In this document: piece by piece, positions 45,401 to 59,261 of the stretch | Position numbering within the stretch: the stretch's first letter is position 1 | How the letters are laid out: each line of letters begins with the position of its first letter | NCBI GenBank assembly: GCA_964187785.1 | Contig: OZ076409.1 | Span: forward strand, 78,680,001 to 78,744,000 | Reading direction: 5' to 3' | Origin: Amphiscolops sp. MND2022 | Taxonomy: Eukaryota | DNA: 64,000 nt | Made by a program: the position numbers and the translations under genes | Notes under the pieces: model-generated | Database searches by the model: none | Told to the model about the DNA's origin: nothing | Seen by the model: the letters and a program-made list of their open reading frames with translations, nothing else

Positions 45401-48400
45401 AATGGTTGCTAAGGCAACCAAATTTTGAAACAAATCCGTAGTGCGGTGCTATGCTATTAATCACATACTCTTCTTCGTTTGCTTAATCCTTTTGCGCCGG
45501 TTCGATCGGATTTCTACTCAAGTAATCCGTGAGTGCTAAATGTTTACCGGCTATATGGTTGACGTTAATTGTAAAGTGTGCTAATCGGTCGAGCCAACGT
45601 GTTAAGCGGGCGCTATAAGTTTTGTTTGAGCGGTTGCGTTTTATTAGAGGTTCTAATGCTTGGTGGTCCGTCAATAATTTGACGGGTTTGCCGTAAATAT
45701 ATAGTCGGAAATGTTCTAAACCCCAGACTACCGCTAATAGTTCGAGCTCGTTAATTGCGTATTTTTTTTCTGTATCCGATAGAAATCTGCTTGCGAATGC
45801 TATCGGTTTTAAGTCGCCGTTGTTTTGTTCTTGCCAGAGGGTTGCGCCCAATCCCTTTGTACTGGCATCGGTTGTGAGTGTATTCGGTCGAACGGAACTG
45901 TAGTGAGCGAGACACGGTATTTCCGTGATTTTTTGCTTTAATTGGTTGAATGCTTCGGAGTGTTCCGTTGACCAGTTCCAGTTGTTTTTCTTCTTTAACA
46001 ACTGTCTCAATAGATCCGTTTGTGCTGACAGGTTTTCGATATATTTCGAGAGGTATTGAATTGCCCCTAGAAATGATTTCAATTCCTTTTCGTTTTTTGG
46101 TTCTTTTAATTCTTGTATCGCTTTTAGTTTATCTTGTAACGGTCTGATACCGTTTTGGTCAATTTTGTGACCTACCCACTCTATTTCGGTTTTGTAAAAT
46201 TCTGTTTTGTTTTCACTCAGTCTATATCCTGCGTTTTCTAATTTTGTTAGTACCTCAATTAACTCACGTGTATGTTGTTCTTTTGTTCCTTTTGTGACGA
46301 CTAATATGTCGTCTAACCACGCCGGATGTTTGTTCTCCAGTGTTTGGTCTATCTTTTCTTGAAATATGGTCGGTATGTCCGCCAGGCCGTAGAATCCCTT
46401 CAGGAATCTGTAGTATCCGGTGAAATTGCCTCCGGTTATCGCGAATATACACAGATATATTGCGTGTTTTGATAGCTGCATTTGTCCGTAGGCGTAGTCC
46501 AAGACGAATTTGGATATCCATATTTGGTCGGGTGCTCCGTCTGCTATTTTTCTGGATATTCGTGAGATGAGTTCCTCCATATTCGGCATTTGTGCTTTCC
46601 GTTTCACGGTTATTTCATTTAGTTTCCGTGAATCTAAAGTAAGTTTTACCGATTTATCTTTTTTCACGGTTATTACTGCCGGACTGACGAAACAATTTTC
46701 GTTGATATTTGTTGCTTTCTCGATATGTCCATTTTTCTTCAGCTTTTCAATTTCTTTACCGACTGCGGGTTGTAGATGTATTGGTATCGGACGACCTTTT
46801 TGTTGTATTAGTTTGGCGTCCGGTTTTAATTCGATGTCTACTTCTATTCCTTTTATTGTTTTGTTTTCGTGGAACAGTTTTTTGAATTTTCTCTTCAACT
46901 CGGTTATGTCCGGGTCTTCTTTTACATTCTGGATCTTCAGGTTAGTCTCCTCCATTTCTAGCTTTATCCCCAGGTGTTTCATCCAATCTAGTCCAAGTAA
47001 TGGATTCGTTTTTTTCGTAGTTATCAGTAGTTCTAGCTTTTTTGTTTCCCCGTTGATTTCAACGTTAGCTATTGTTTTTCCTTCGAATTGAATTTTGTTG
47101 TTGTTTACATGTCTGTATTCAGAATGTAGTGGCTTCATTGGTGTTATTTGGTTGAACATTTGTTTTGGAATCAGAGTGACCGGTGATCCGCTGTCTATAA
47201 TGAATTTGATTGGACGGTTATTAACCAATGCCGTTTTTGTGATAAATGGCTGACCGTCACTGGCTATTTGTTTTGTTGAATGGATTGTTTTCGTAATAAG
47301 GTGTATTTTATTTGGTGTCCATTCGTCTTCTTCTGCGCTTGTTGCTTCTGATTCCGGATGAATGTGTTTTATCTTTCGGTCCGTTCTCTGTTTTGTACGG
47401 CAGAATTTTGCGTAGTGGCCAATTTTTCCGCAGTTTAGGCACTTTTTTGTTTTTGCTGGGCAGTCGTGATGTTTATTCCAGTTTGGTGCTCCGCATCTAA
47501 TGCAGTCGACTACTCTGACTTTATTTGGTTTGTTTCGTTCCGGTTTTTGGTAGCTTCTTTTTTTTTCGACGTGTTTTATTTTTGTTTCTTCTTCCGTATC
47601 CCGAGATTCATTCATTTTTTCGTACATGTATTCGTGGATTGTGTCAGTTATTGCTTCTACCGACATGTCCCCTTTCTTTATTTTCTTTTTTAGGTCATTG
47701 TCTCCCGTGGTTTTCCCGATTACTGAAAGAAATTTTGATGCCAGCAGTTCTGCCGCTGTTATTTCTTCAAATTCGCAGTTTTTTTCGATTTCGAGTATTC
47801 TTTTCCATGTTTCTGCTGCGGATTCTCCGGGTTCCCGCTTTAAATTGAAGAAATCAGCTCTACTATGGTGTTTATTCCGTTCCGGAATAAAGTGTAGTCT
47901 GAATAGTGCGTAGAGACGGTATAATGGTAGAGAATTCGGTTCTCTTTCTCTTACCGTCTTTGTCATTTCGGTGAGTGCTGCTTGTCCGACCGCCCAGATG
48001 AAAACGTCTTTTATTTCGTCTTCGAGTTGGTCTCTGAATTGGGGAAGCACTTCTTTGGAGTTGGTCATCTTTGATAAATCTATTTCCCGTGTCATTTTGA
48101 TATATTGGGTGAATTTTCTCCACCAGAGCTTTGCACTGGTGTGATCGGTTTTTTCTAAAATCGGAATGGGCAACTTTTGTATTGTTGTCCGTTCTCCCGA
48201 TCTCGTTGTTGTATTGTTTGGGAGTGAATGGCTGCTTGCTTCTCCCGCGTTGTCTGGTTCGTCTTCCATTTTTGCAGTTTCTTTTTTTTTCTGTAAGTTC
48301 AGATTGTTGACTGCGCCATGTTGTATTCTATGAACTAGACTTGTAATATAAGAGTTTGTAAGAAACAATGTTTTCTCTAGCACAAAGTTTAGTGTAATGA

Positions 48401-48523
48401 AAGCTTAATAATCTAGAGAACTATATAGTTGTTAGTAAACAACAATAACAAAGGTAACTAAAAATAGCAACGGATTGTTTATCAACAGTTAATCTAAATT
48501 TGTCTGTTGTTCATTATTCTTCA
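42490..48523 (-). mobile_element. Ty3/Gypsy LTR retrotransposon B (6034 bp)
   Basis: 205-bp LTRs at 42490-42694 and 48319-48523 (one substitution seen); TSD GATAG at 42485-42489 and 48524-48528; PBS TGGCGCAGTC (tRNA-Ser-like); PPT AGAGGGGGAAA. Confidence 0.97.
42863..48269 (-). pseudogene. gag-pol: Gypsy B single-ORF gag-pol, disrupted (TAA at 45483-45485; frameshifts near 44190 and 43285)
   Basis: Knuckle CLNCGKIGHYAKFC, protease IIDSGS, RT WLDD, RNase H TTDAS/TDYLSR, integrase HKGH..CDSC, LDFIGP, RTDKAS, GLVER. Confidence 0.93.
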
Positions 48524-50940
48524 GATAGCGCATTGCATGGCACATTTCTAAGCCTTGTGGTTTTACCATTTTTTGTAAACATGCGAAAACTTCGAAATTG
48601 CAAGTACCTTGTCAGAGATTGAAGGTTTCTAATTTTTGGCTTTTTTGTTGTCATTTCAGGAAACGTTTTCGACATGAAAGTCCCACTTTCTCCTTTAAAT
48701 AGCGTGCTTAATAGCCTATTGTTTTAACGTTTGGTGGAAGTTCTAACCTAGAAAATTGTCCATATGTTTAACAAAATGAAAACTAAATACAAAATTTGAT
48801 TTTTGTCATTTTTGGGTCGTTTTTGAGGCATTTTTTAGCAAGAAACTGTCATTATCTCTTCAAAAAGCGTATTGCAGCTAAATTGTGTCGTCTTTGAACA
48901 TTTCAAAATCTCGAACTTACAAAATCTTGTTTCAATTTTTTGTAAAATGCATTAAAAGTTCAACAATGTGAAACATTTGAATTTTTCCACTCTTTTGGGG
49001 CCATTTTGAGATTTTAGATTTAAAAACTGCTCTTACAGATTAAACTATGAACAATTTGAACATTTTAGTCCACGGAATTGTTCGGAAATCTAACGGAATT
49101 TGTATTGAAAAAAAATTGAAAGTTTTTGTTTTTTGACTATCCTTGTGTCATTCTGTGATACTTTCCTTGCGAAAAGCTGCAAAAAAATTTTTAAACTGCG
49201 TTGCGTACCTAGATCTTTCGTCTTTGAGCTTTGTGAATCTTGTAACCCAATAAAAAATTTAACGAAACACTTGTTTTATGATGTCAAAAATGGGAAGGTT
49301 TTGGATTTTTTGACTATTTTGCAGTTTTTCTGAGGTACTTTCCTAGTTCGTTCCAAAAAAACGTATTCAATAGCTAGTTATTCAAAGCCATTGAACGATT
49401 TTTTTGTAACTCAAGAAATCAATCGAAACCTTTAAAACATTTGCCTGAAAACGTCAAAAACTGGCAAATTTTTTGTATTTTTGACTATTTTTGGCGTCAT
49501 TGTGGGTTGATTTTGTGGTCAGTCAAAAATTTCTATGTCTATATGTCGATTTCTATATCTATGTGTTGATTTCTATGGGTGAACTCCTTCAATTTGTGTA
49601 TAAATTTGGAACAAGTTTTGGGGAAAAAACGCAACTGAGTTGTTTTCCTTCTCGTATGGAATATGGGCGGTAAATAATTAACTTATACAGCTTCGTTATT
49701 TCTCGATGGTTTGAAAACAAAAACCTAAAGGGGGTTGGTCGTATTTAGTTGAATTCGATAACTAGTTGAGATTTTCTGAAGACTTCGCTCAACTTCTGCT
49801 TAAATCAAAAGATTTTGGACTATCAGATATCGCTTGCTTTGACTCGTCGAAACATTATGTGCATCTTATATATCCATAGAACAAAGCATTCTGCGTAAGT
49901 TCCACATTAATTCAATGTTGATAGTATGTTATGTGAGGTTTTGATCTCACTTCTGCCCTTTGAACTTGACCCTGAACTTCAAGGAAGGTTATTTTGGAAC
50001 CTTTCCGTCTCTATTTTTATACACAAGAGACCATCTAAGTCACCTGGTACTCTTTTTATGTTAAACAGATTTCACAAATTGGGTCATAAGTATGCCTTCT
50101 TTTCAAAGTAATAAAAAAAACTTCACAGATGCAATCAGGCTTAAGCTGAAAAGTTAGTTTGTTACGAATGGGCAAATAAAAGAGAGAAAAGAATTGAAAT
50201 CAAAAACCTCATAGTGTTAACGTGATAAATGCAAAACTCATTGTCACTGCATTTTTCTACCTTTTTTCAGAAAAAAAACAGTTCATGTATTTGGATCATA
50301 GAGAAGCAATATATTCTTTCAATATACTATTTCAAACAATATTAGCCTTTAGTAAACTTACAATTAGCATAATTTTTGCTCCCTCGAGAACAAGAATTGA
50401 CCTTTGAGGATTAATTTTTGAAATAATTACTCGGAAAAAAATATCAGAAAGAGGTGCTTTCACAGCAATTTTTGATATATTGCCTAGGCCAAAATTTTAA
50501 ATTTGATTCGAAGCAATAATAAATACTGTAAATATTTGAGCAGGAAGATGTTAATCAGTAGGAAAGCTTGGGCTTTTTAGTTTCTTCTGTAACAATTATC
50601 GAAGATTTAGCATGACTGCTTCTTTAAATCTGGTATTCTGAGAATTCTTGAAGCCATGACAGTCAATGTAAGATCAGACGTTTTAAATAATGCTTCTGAT
50701 TTGTTTTCTCTCATAAAAGTTCGTACATAAAAAAACGTGGTAATTTGAGTACTAACTAACGTAGGTTAACCCTTTTACTAGTATCTTGGCTGCCATGGAT
50801 TCCGTGGCAAGATTCGTACTAAAATTTTACTAAGATCTATCATTATTCGAAGATGAATCTTTGAGTTCCATGATTTCGAAGATTTCAATGATTTCGGGAA
50901 ACCGGAACAGTTTACAAAAAATTTTTAAATAATTTTGTTA

Positions 50941-51619
50941 TTTTTAGTCGGCGCTTCATGAAGTGAAACGCGACTATTATAGTGACTCTTTTTTTTATCC
51001 ACACGAACTGACCAAAATAGTTCTACAAAAGTTCTACAAAATATTATTGTACCAAAATGCACTATTTGGTCTAGCGAACTGAACCAAAATGGTTTTACCT
51101 GTTTTTCCGCGTAACATACCAAACCGGGCAAGACCAAAGAGTCTCCCCTTTCAATTTTTTTCGGCACTGCGAGACATTTTTTTTCGGAATTTTTTTTTCG
51201 AAATTTTTTTCCCCAAAGGGTCCCCCCTGCATTTTTTTGATGTTTTGCGACAGAATGGATGTTGAAAAACCTCAAAGGGTCCCCCCTTTTAGTTTTTTTT
51301 CGGCATTGTGAGATTTTTTTCCCGAAAATGAAAAAAAAATTTTCTTCAATTTTTTCATGTTTTGCGACAGAATGGATGTTGAAAAACCTCAAAGGGTCCC
51401 CCTTTCAGTTTTTCGGCATTGTGAGACTTTAGCGCGCCAGCTAGCGCGAGCCCCGGCGCGCCACTCGGTCCATTTTTTTAGTATGTATTTTTTTCAAAAA
51501 AAAAATTTCGAAAAATTTTCGATTTTCGAGTACTGTAAAAGAATACTTGACACTTGGAAGTCTTTTTGCTATTTTTGAGCCTTGGATATGGCGCCGACTT
51601 GGGCCTGTCCCGGCTTGTT
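50941..51619 (+). mobile_element. Non-autonomous DINE-1/HINE (Helentron)-like repeat, near complete
   Basis: T-run start; subterminal inverted repeat AGTCGGCGC (50946) / GCGCCGACT (51591); CTTGTT end; internal ~117-bp tandem repeats; related copies at 41938 and 61198. Confidence 0.6.
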
Positions 51620-51817
51620 GATAATACTTTTACGATGTTCTGCAGTTCCTGACGAGATTTTCCGTAAGTGAGCAATCGCCATTTTGGCTTTCTTATCAGG
51701 ATTGTTTTTCGAAACATGATTATCTTGATGGCAAAATCTCAGCCAAGATTGTTCAAAGATCAAAGCAAGATATCGCAAAGATGTCCATGGAGGGTCAACT
51801 CGGGAAGAGAAGAATAT

Positions 51818-52336
<519 letters not shown>

Positions 52337-53397
52337 ATTTATCATCTATCTATCTATTGCGTGTTGTAGACTAAGGAATAGTGACTCACCTCTCAGATAT
52401 GACTAAATCGGGAGTCCAAATGTCAGTGTCCATCAGTCTAATGGAAGTTATGTTGGCAAACTCTTCTGGATCCCACTTCAGGTTCGCATCCACCCAATGC
52501 TAAAAACGGTTATGTATGTTCACTTCAAAGCAATGGTTGTTAGATTTTTTTCAAGTTTAATTCTGCTAATCTGACATCAGTTCAACTTGTAAATTGCTAG
52601 TTTTACCAACTATTTTCTATTATGGAAATACAAGCACCTTTTGATGCCATTTAGAATCCAACCCATTGCAGCCGAACAATGTGGTCTGAGTTATTGTTCC
52701 AACAGTTTTCAAAGTTAACTAGTTTCGGTATTATATCTCGCTATGGGTTGTCTATGTGGGTTGATGTTTGCTGTACACTCATTTCATGTCAATGGCTTTC
52801 TAATTGAAACTAACCGTGGTTTCCCAGATGAGGACTTTGATCATTTGTAGTCGGAAATTCTGAAACACATTTTTTGTGCTCACAAAATGAATCGAATAGG
52901 AAGTTCAAATGATTTGGTAAAGTCTTCTGCCAAAAAACTTTATAATTTAGTATGAAAAACTATTACTGTACATTACATAACATCACAAGCTCACCACTAT
53001 TCCACAACAAAGATGTAAACACTATCAGTTTCTTCACGTTGAAATACAACCATTTACACGATTTTCTTTCAGCGCCGATCGCCAGTTATTCTGTCAATGA
53101 AACTATGAGGACATTTTCCAGACATATCATCAATATAATCTGATTAATCATTTAAAGATCGGTCGAGGCGAATGAAGAATTTATCCCAGTTTTTTGAACT
53201 TTTCACCCAAGACTTTTGAGTTCGAGGCTGATCATGTGCCATTTTTTGTCTAGTTTGAATTTTTTGTAAAATATTGATGAGAATTCATTCAATGACAATT
53301 TCAAAATGAAATATTATTTGTTGTTCAACTTTTGACCGTTTCATGCAATTTTGGTTCAACTTTTGAATCGTTTCGTGAGTATGAACACCCATAGAGT

Positions 53398-56300
53398 ATG
53401 CAGTAATGTACATGTATACTATAAATAGTAGCTATGACATTTTAGTACCTGTCAAAGATGCTACTGCTAGAAACTGTGCTGATCTATTCATTAACCTTTA
53501 AAATACGCATACCGATTGGAATAGATTCTTCAGCATTACCATTGTTCTTATCTTATATTCACAAGATACAACATGGCGCAGTAAAGCAAGATGGAAAATC
53601 AAAAAGCAACTGAGAGTAAAGGCTCCTCAAGTGGAGAAATCCATGAAAGCGCAAACTCAAAAACCGAAAAGACACATCAGAAAATTACCCTACCATTATT
53701 CGAAAAACGCAGGATACAGGAGGCGAAGCTATGGTGGAGACGATTCACGCAGTATATTAATATGACTCAAAACATTGATCTCAACACAATGACCACAGAC
53801 CGTGAGATACTAGAAAATTACAGGGACGATCTGGAACACCGGATCAAAGATTTGTTTATTTGGGCAATGGGCGAATCAGCGATAACGGAAATGACAAGAA
53901 CCGTTAGGGACAATGACCCAAATCGAATGGACATAAATCAACTGTACTCATTATTCCGGTTACACTTCATACCGAAACGAAACAAATTTCATAGTAGAGC
54001 CGACTTCTTTGGAATAACAAGAGAGAAACACGAATCAGCGGAAGACGTGTGGACGAGAATCCTTCAAGTGGAAAAAAATTGCGGGTTCGAATATGTAACA
54101 CCAGCCGAATTGATAGCGTCAAATGTTCTCTCTGTAATTGGAAGATCAACAGGAGACTACGAACTAAAGAAGAAGATTAGAAAAAATGACATGACAATAG
54201 AAATGATAACAGCATTGATACATGAACACATGTACCACCGACTAAATGACTCGAACAATTCGAACGAGAAATAAAACACGTGCAAGAACAGCCACACAAA
54301 CGAAAATGGACAGAAAAAACAGATGCACACAAAATAAAGAAAAGACCGGATATCAAAAACAAAAACCAAAAGATAACCGATGTGGACAATGCGGAGCACC
54401 AAATTGGGCAAGATAACATATCTGCCCAGCAAAATCAGCAGAAAGTAGAAAATGCAAAAGAAGCGGCCACTACGAAAAGATGTGTAGATCGATGAGAAGA
54501 GTACAATACGTCGACAAAACAACATCTTCAGCAAAGAAGATAATTGGGATTATGACAAAATCCAGAGAATAGAAAATACAAAACAAAAGAAAGGCTTTTA
54601 CAATGCCACACTATTGGTCAACAACGTACCAATCAAATTCATTATTGATAGTGGATCGCCAGTAACACTTATTCCGGAATGCTTGTTCAGCAAAATTACA
54701 CCAATTGAACCACTCAAGACCACTTATAAAGATGTAACCAATCAAAAGATTGACTTTACAGGACAGACGAAAGCAATGGTCAAAACAAACAAAGAAACAA
54801 TGGAACTACCACTATTAAGTACAAAAGCACAAATCGCCCCGTTATTGGGACTGGACTGGATGCAACAGCTGAAAATTAACTTGAGTTCAAACAACGACGC
54901 AATCCAAATCCACAACATAAGGTCGGACAACACAGAAAGAAAAATAATAAAACTCCAGAACGACTTCAAAGATTTATTTTACAACAACAAAGAGATAAGG
55001 AATCTCTCGGTGAAAATAAATTTAAAAACTGGAGCACAGATAATACAACAAAAAGGACGACCAATCCCAATACATTTACAAGACCAAGTGGCACAGGAGC
55101 TGAAACGCCTAATAAAACATGGCTATGTAGAAAAGGCTACAGAAATTACTGAAAACTGCTTCGTAAGTCCTGCGGTAATAACCGTAAAAAAGGACAATTC
55201 GATAAAAATCGCACTTGATTCCAGACAATTAAACGAAATTACTGTGAAGCGAAAAACACAAATGCCGAATATGGAAGAATTGATACCACGGATTTCAAGA
55301 AAGATATCCGAAGGAGAAGACGGAGAAGTATTAGCAACAAAGCTCGACTTCGATTATGCATACGGACAAATCAAATTAGATGACGATACAAAAAATTTGT
55401 GCATATTTACCGTCACAGGATGTGTTTTCACTGGGTACTACCGTTCCTTGAAAGGTTTCTCCGGACTGGCGGACATTCCGACGATTTTCCAAGAACGGAT
55501 AGACACGACGCTAGAACACAAACACCCGGCTTGGTTGGACAATATAAAAATTGTCACCAAAGGAAACCTGGAAAAACACGAAGCGGAAGTACGTGAAACA
55601 ATGACGAAACTGGAAAAGCAGGATATAGATTAAATCCAAACAAATGTGAATTCTTCAAAAAAGAAGTCTGATGGGTTGGTCACAAATTTGACCAACAAGG
55701 GATACGACCCCTGCAGGACAAATTGGAGGCAATAAAAAAGATCAAAATACCAAAAAACGAAAAAAAAATAAAATCATTTCTGTGGGCAATCCAATACTTG
55801 TCAAAGTATATTGAAAACCTATCAACAAATACGGACATTCTACGAAAACTATTGAAAAAGCAAAACGAGTGGATCTGGACTGAAGAACATACAAGAGCTT
55901 TCAATAATTTGAAAGAATGTATCACAAAAATCCCATGTTTAGCACACTACAACGCCCAAAGGGAAAACATAATTACAACAGACGCCAGTACAAAAGGACT
56001 GGGGGCCACGCTTTGGCAAAACAGGAAACCGGTAAAAAAGCCAATTTAATTTGCAAGCTGATTTCGATCCGGTACAGAAAAGAAGTACGCAAAAAACGAC
56101 TTAGAATTGCTAGCCGTAGTATGGGGTCTAGAACACTTTAGACTATATATCTACGGAAAACCAATTGAACTTATAACAGATCACGAAGCGCTAGAACCAT
56201 TGATCAAAAGAAACAGGTCAAATAAAACCTATGGCGCGAGACTAACAAGATGGTTAGATCGCTTGGCTCACTTCGACATTACCATTAAACACGTCACCGG

Positions 56301-59261
56301 AAAACATTTAGCACTAACGGATTATCTGAGTAGAAATCCAACATCAAGGCCAGAACCCATTCAAAATTACGACAAAGAGTACGTAATTAATTGCATAAAT
56401 CTATTACTTGATTTCATCAACAATTACGGCAGCATTACCGCTAAGATGAACAAAGAAGCGCGAACGGACGATATTTGGAAGTGTTATCAGAAATTCAACC
56501 AATATGAATCAAGCAAGCGGAACGAACCGAAGTCAAAATTGAACAAAACAAACAAGCGCAGTTCGTTGCTACCTCAACTCAATACAGTCGATCGCAATAT
56601 TATTAACAACGTCAAACACAATTAGGAAACAATAATGGACATTCGCCGCATTGAACAGATTGAAGCACATGACCCGTCCGAAGAAACATTACAGCTTGTG
56701 AACCGCTGGAAAGAATTAGTAAAACCCGGAGAATATAGAACATCTAAAGGAAACTGGAAAAAGTATAATCCTCCAAGACACCATAGAGCGGAAATAAAAC
56801 GAATCGAGATGAATTTAAACCAAAGAAGGAATAGAATGCTCTGGAACCGCATGGATGAATAAGACGAAGAACCCGAAGAAAACACCACAAAAAGAGAAGA
56901 ACTCTACCGGGTGATAGAAAAAATTAGAAACATGCCGAAATATCAAGATGAAGGACAACCGGAAACAACGGACAACACAACGGAAGTAGAAAGCCAACCA
57001 GAAACAAACGAGAAAGATTCAAGAAGTTCCGCCGACTCATTCGATGTACCAGCAATTAACTTCAAAAGATACCTCGGTACGACCGGAGCTAGATACATCC
57101 AAATGGGACAGGCCAATCACATCCAAGGTGAAAATAAATGGGACTTAGAGGAAACCATCAGACAAGCTGAACAAAATTTCACCACGGATTTAAAAACAAT
57201 TGCCACAGAAACAACTAACGATGAAAAGCTGCTAAAAACATTAGTATGTTTGGAAAGAAGAACGCTGGAGCAAATACCGGATGATTACAAACCATACCAC
57301 AAACAGCTGTCAACACGATTCGGCGTGGTATTTTACGATGACCGAATCATAATACCAAAGTCACTGAGAACAACAATCATCATGCTCCTACACAAAGGAC
57401 ATGCGGCAATTAACAAAATGACGACGGCGGCAAAACCATTCTGGTGGCCACGAATTACACGAGAAATACAACAAAAATGTGACGAATGTATTCCGTGCAA
57501 AATGGCAGGTAAAAACATTAAACCACAATTACCAATGACTGAGATTAATTATTTACCACCGGTAGAGAAAACAAATCAAGAAATCCAATTGGATTTCATT
57601 GGACCAATAAGATTTAAGCACCGGAGATTCTACAAATCACCTTCTATAGACCGGTACAGCAGATGGCCGGCCGCGTGCATATGCGAAGCCCCGACAGGAA
57701 AAAGAGCAATAAATTTCCTTGAACAATATATTACATTAAATGGCCTACCACAAACCATTAGAACAGATAAAGGCACTGCCTTTACTGGAAAAGAGTTTTG
57801 AGAAATTTGTAAATCTCTAAACATGGAACGCCATATATACACACACCAACCGGATTGGTGGAAAGAGGTATTAAAACACTAAAAGAATACCCTAGAACGA
57901 ACTTGGAAGAAGGCTACAATATAAACGAAGCATTAAGCCGTTCACTACACGTAATGAGAACAACGGTCCATTCTAGCATAAAAGAAACACCGTTCGAACG
58001 CCATTGTGGCAGAAAACCACGAACGGAAGTTCATAACTATTTAAATATGTCGCCAAACAAACATTATAATGTTTCAGCGAGACCGGAGACACTACAAGTC
58101 TACACATTCACCAATGGGAACGGAGCTTACGACCAATTGGTTATGAAAGCCCCAAGAAAGCTAAAAGAAGACGTGAGTAACAAATTCCCATACCTATTTC
58201 TCGAGAAAAAACAAAACAAAGGAACATTTGAAAGCGCATACGAAAATAAACCACAAACTGTGGTAGCCGGAACAAATCACACAATAACAACCGATGAAAA
58301 CAAAATAATTCATAGAAAACGAATAAGCAAACCATTGAACCCAAAATTTCAGAACCCATTATCACGACGGGGAGAAAACCCGAGGGAAAACGACGGAAAA
58401 TTCCTACAACAAGGACAACTGGAAGAAGACCGAGGACCTTGACGTAACGACAGAACACTCAGAGAGATGTAGCACGCCAACACTAGAGAAGAAAATACTG
58501 GACAAAACACTGGAAACGGAAAACACGACAATCAGTCCAGTGTATGGCAGAGGCCGAAGAAAAGTGATAAGAGACAGAAAACCAAATACAACTCCAACAC
58601 CAGGATTGGAACTAAACGCAAGACCAACAACAGAAGACGACCCAAACGTGATTACAGTAGTGGACCAAAACGGTAATAATGAAATAATGATTTAATAAAA
58701 ACTGAAAACATAGAAGAAATCGAAAACCAAAACGAACAAAGTATACGAAAGTCAACCAGACTAAGATCCACTAATCCAATAAATATATATGATAATCCAA
58801 TCACGTTCTGACTATTACAGGTAACACCGTTAACAAATGGAGCGCACAGGATAACCAATAAAAGAGGAACGAGGGAACGACCGGAAGACATAAAGAAAGA
58901 AAATTCGGAAAGGAAAGAAGAAGAAGATTATACGGAACAAAGCGTATACAAAACAGTCATAAACATTTGGACCATTCGGTGCTATCATTACCGTTTGAAT
59001 TTTGAGTTTATTAGTGTATTGTCTATTTACGTTTATACATGTAATTATCTCCTATACAGGGGGGAATGTGGCATGACTTCACTTCATGCAGTAATGTACA
59101 TGTATACTATAAATAGTAGCTATGACATTTTAGGACCTGTCAAAGATGCTACTGCTAGAAACTGTGCTGATCTATTCATTGACCTTCAAAATACGCATAC
59201 CGATTGGAATAGATTCTTCAGCATTACCATTGTTCTTGTCTTATATTCACAAGATACAACA
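53398..59261 (+). mobile_element. Ty3/Gypsy LTR retrotransposon C, decayed, related to B
   Basis: 3' LTR 59067-59261 (195 bp, TG..CA) after PPT AGGGGGGAA; 5' LTR 53398-53573 lacks its first 19 bp; PBS TGGCGCAGT at 53574. Confidence 0.93.
53591..58810 (+). pseudogene. gag-pol: Gypsy C gag-pol with many stops and frameshifts
   Basis: Fragments colinear with Gypsy B: KLWWRRFTQYI, IIDSGSP, KLDFDYAYGQ, WLDN, TTDAS, HKGH..CDEC, RTDKGTAF. Confidence 0.93.

Larger units (their letters stand above)
38556..49679. mobile_element. Old foldback/DNA-transposon-like element with diverged long inverted arms and ~175-185-bp subterminal repeats
   Basis: 38556 ATTATTTTCCGCCCATATTTCATATGGGAAAGGAAAA matches the reverse complement of ~49643-49679; similarity continues several hundred bp inward. 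No transposase seen. Confidence 0.55.

Noticed and set aside
48270..48383. N-terminal extension of the 966-aa ORF (MLEKTLF...)
   Set aside because: Non-ATG start within the LTR/PBS; ATG 48269 matches the Gypsy C start position.
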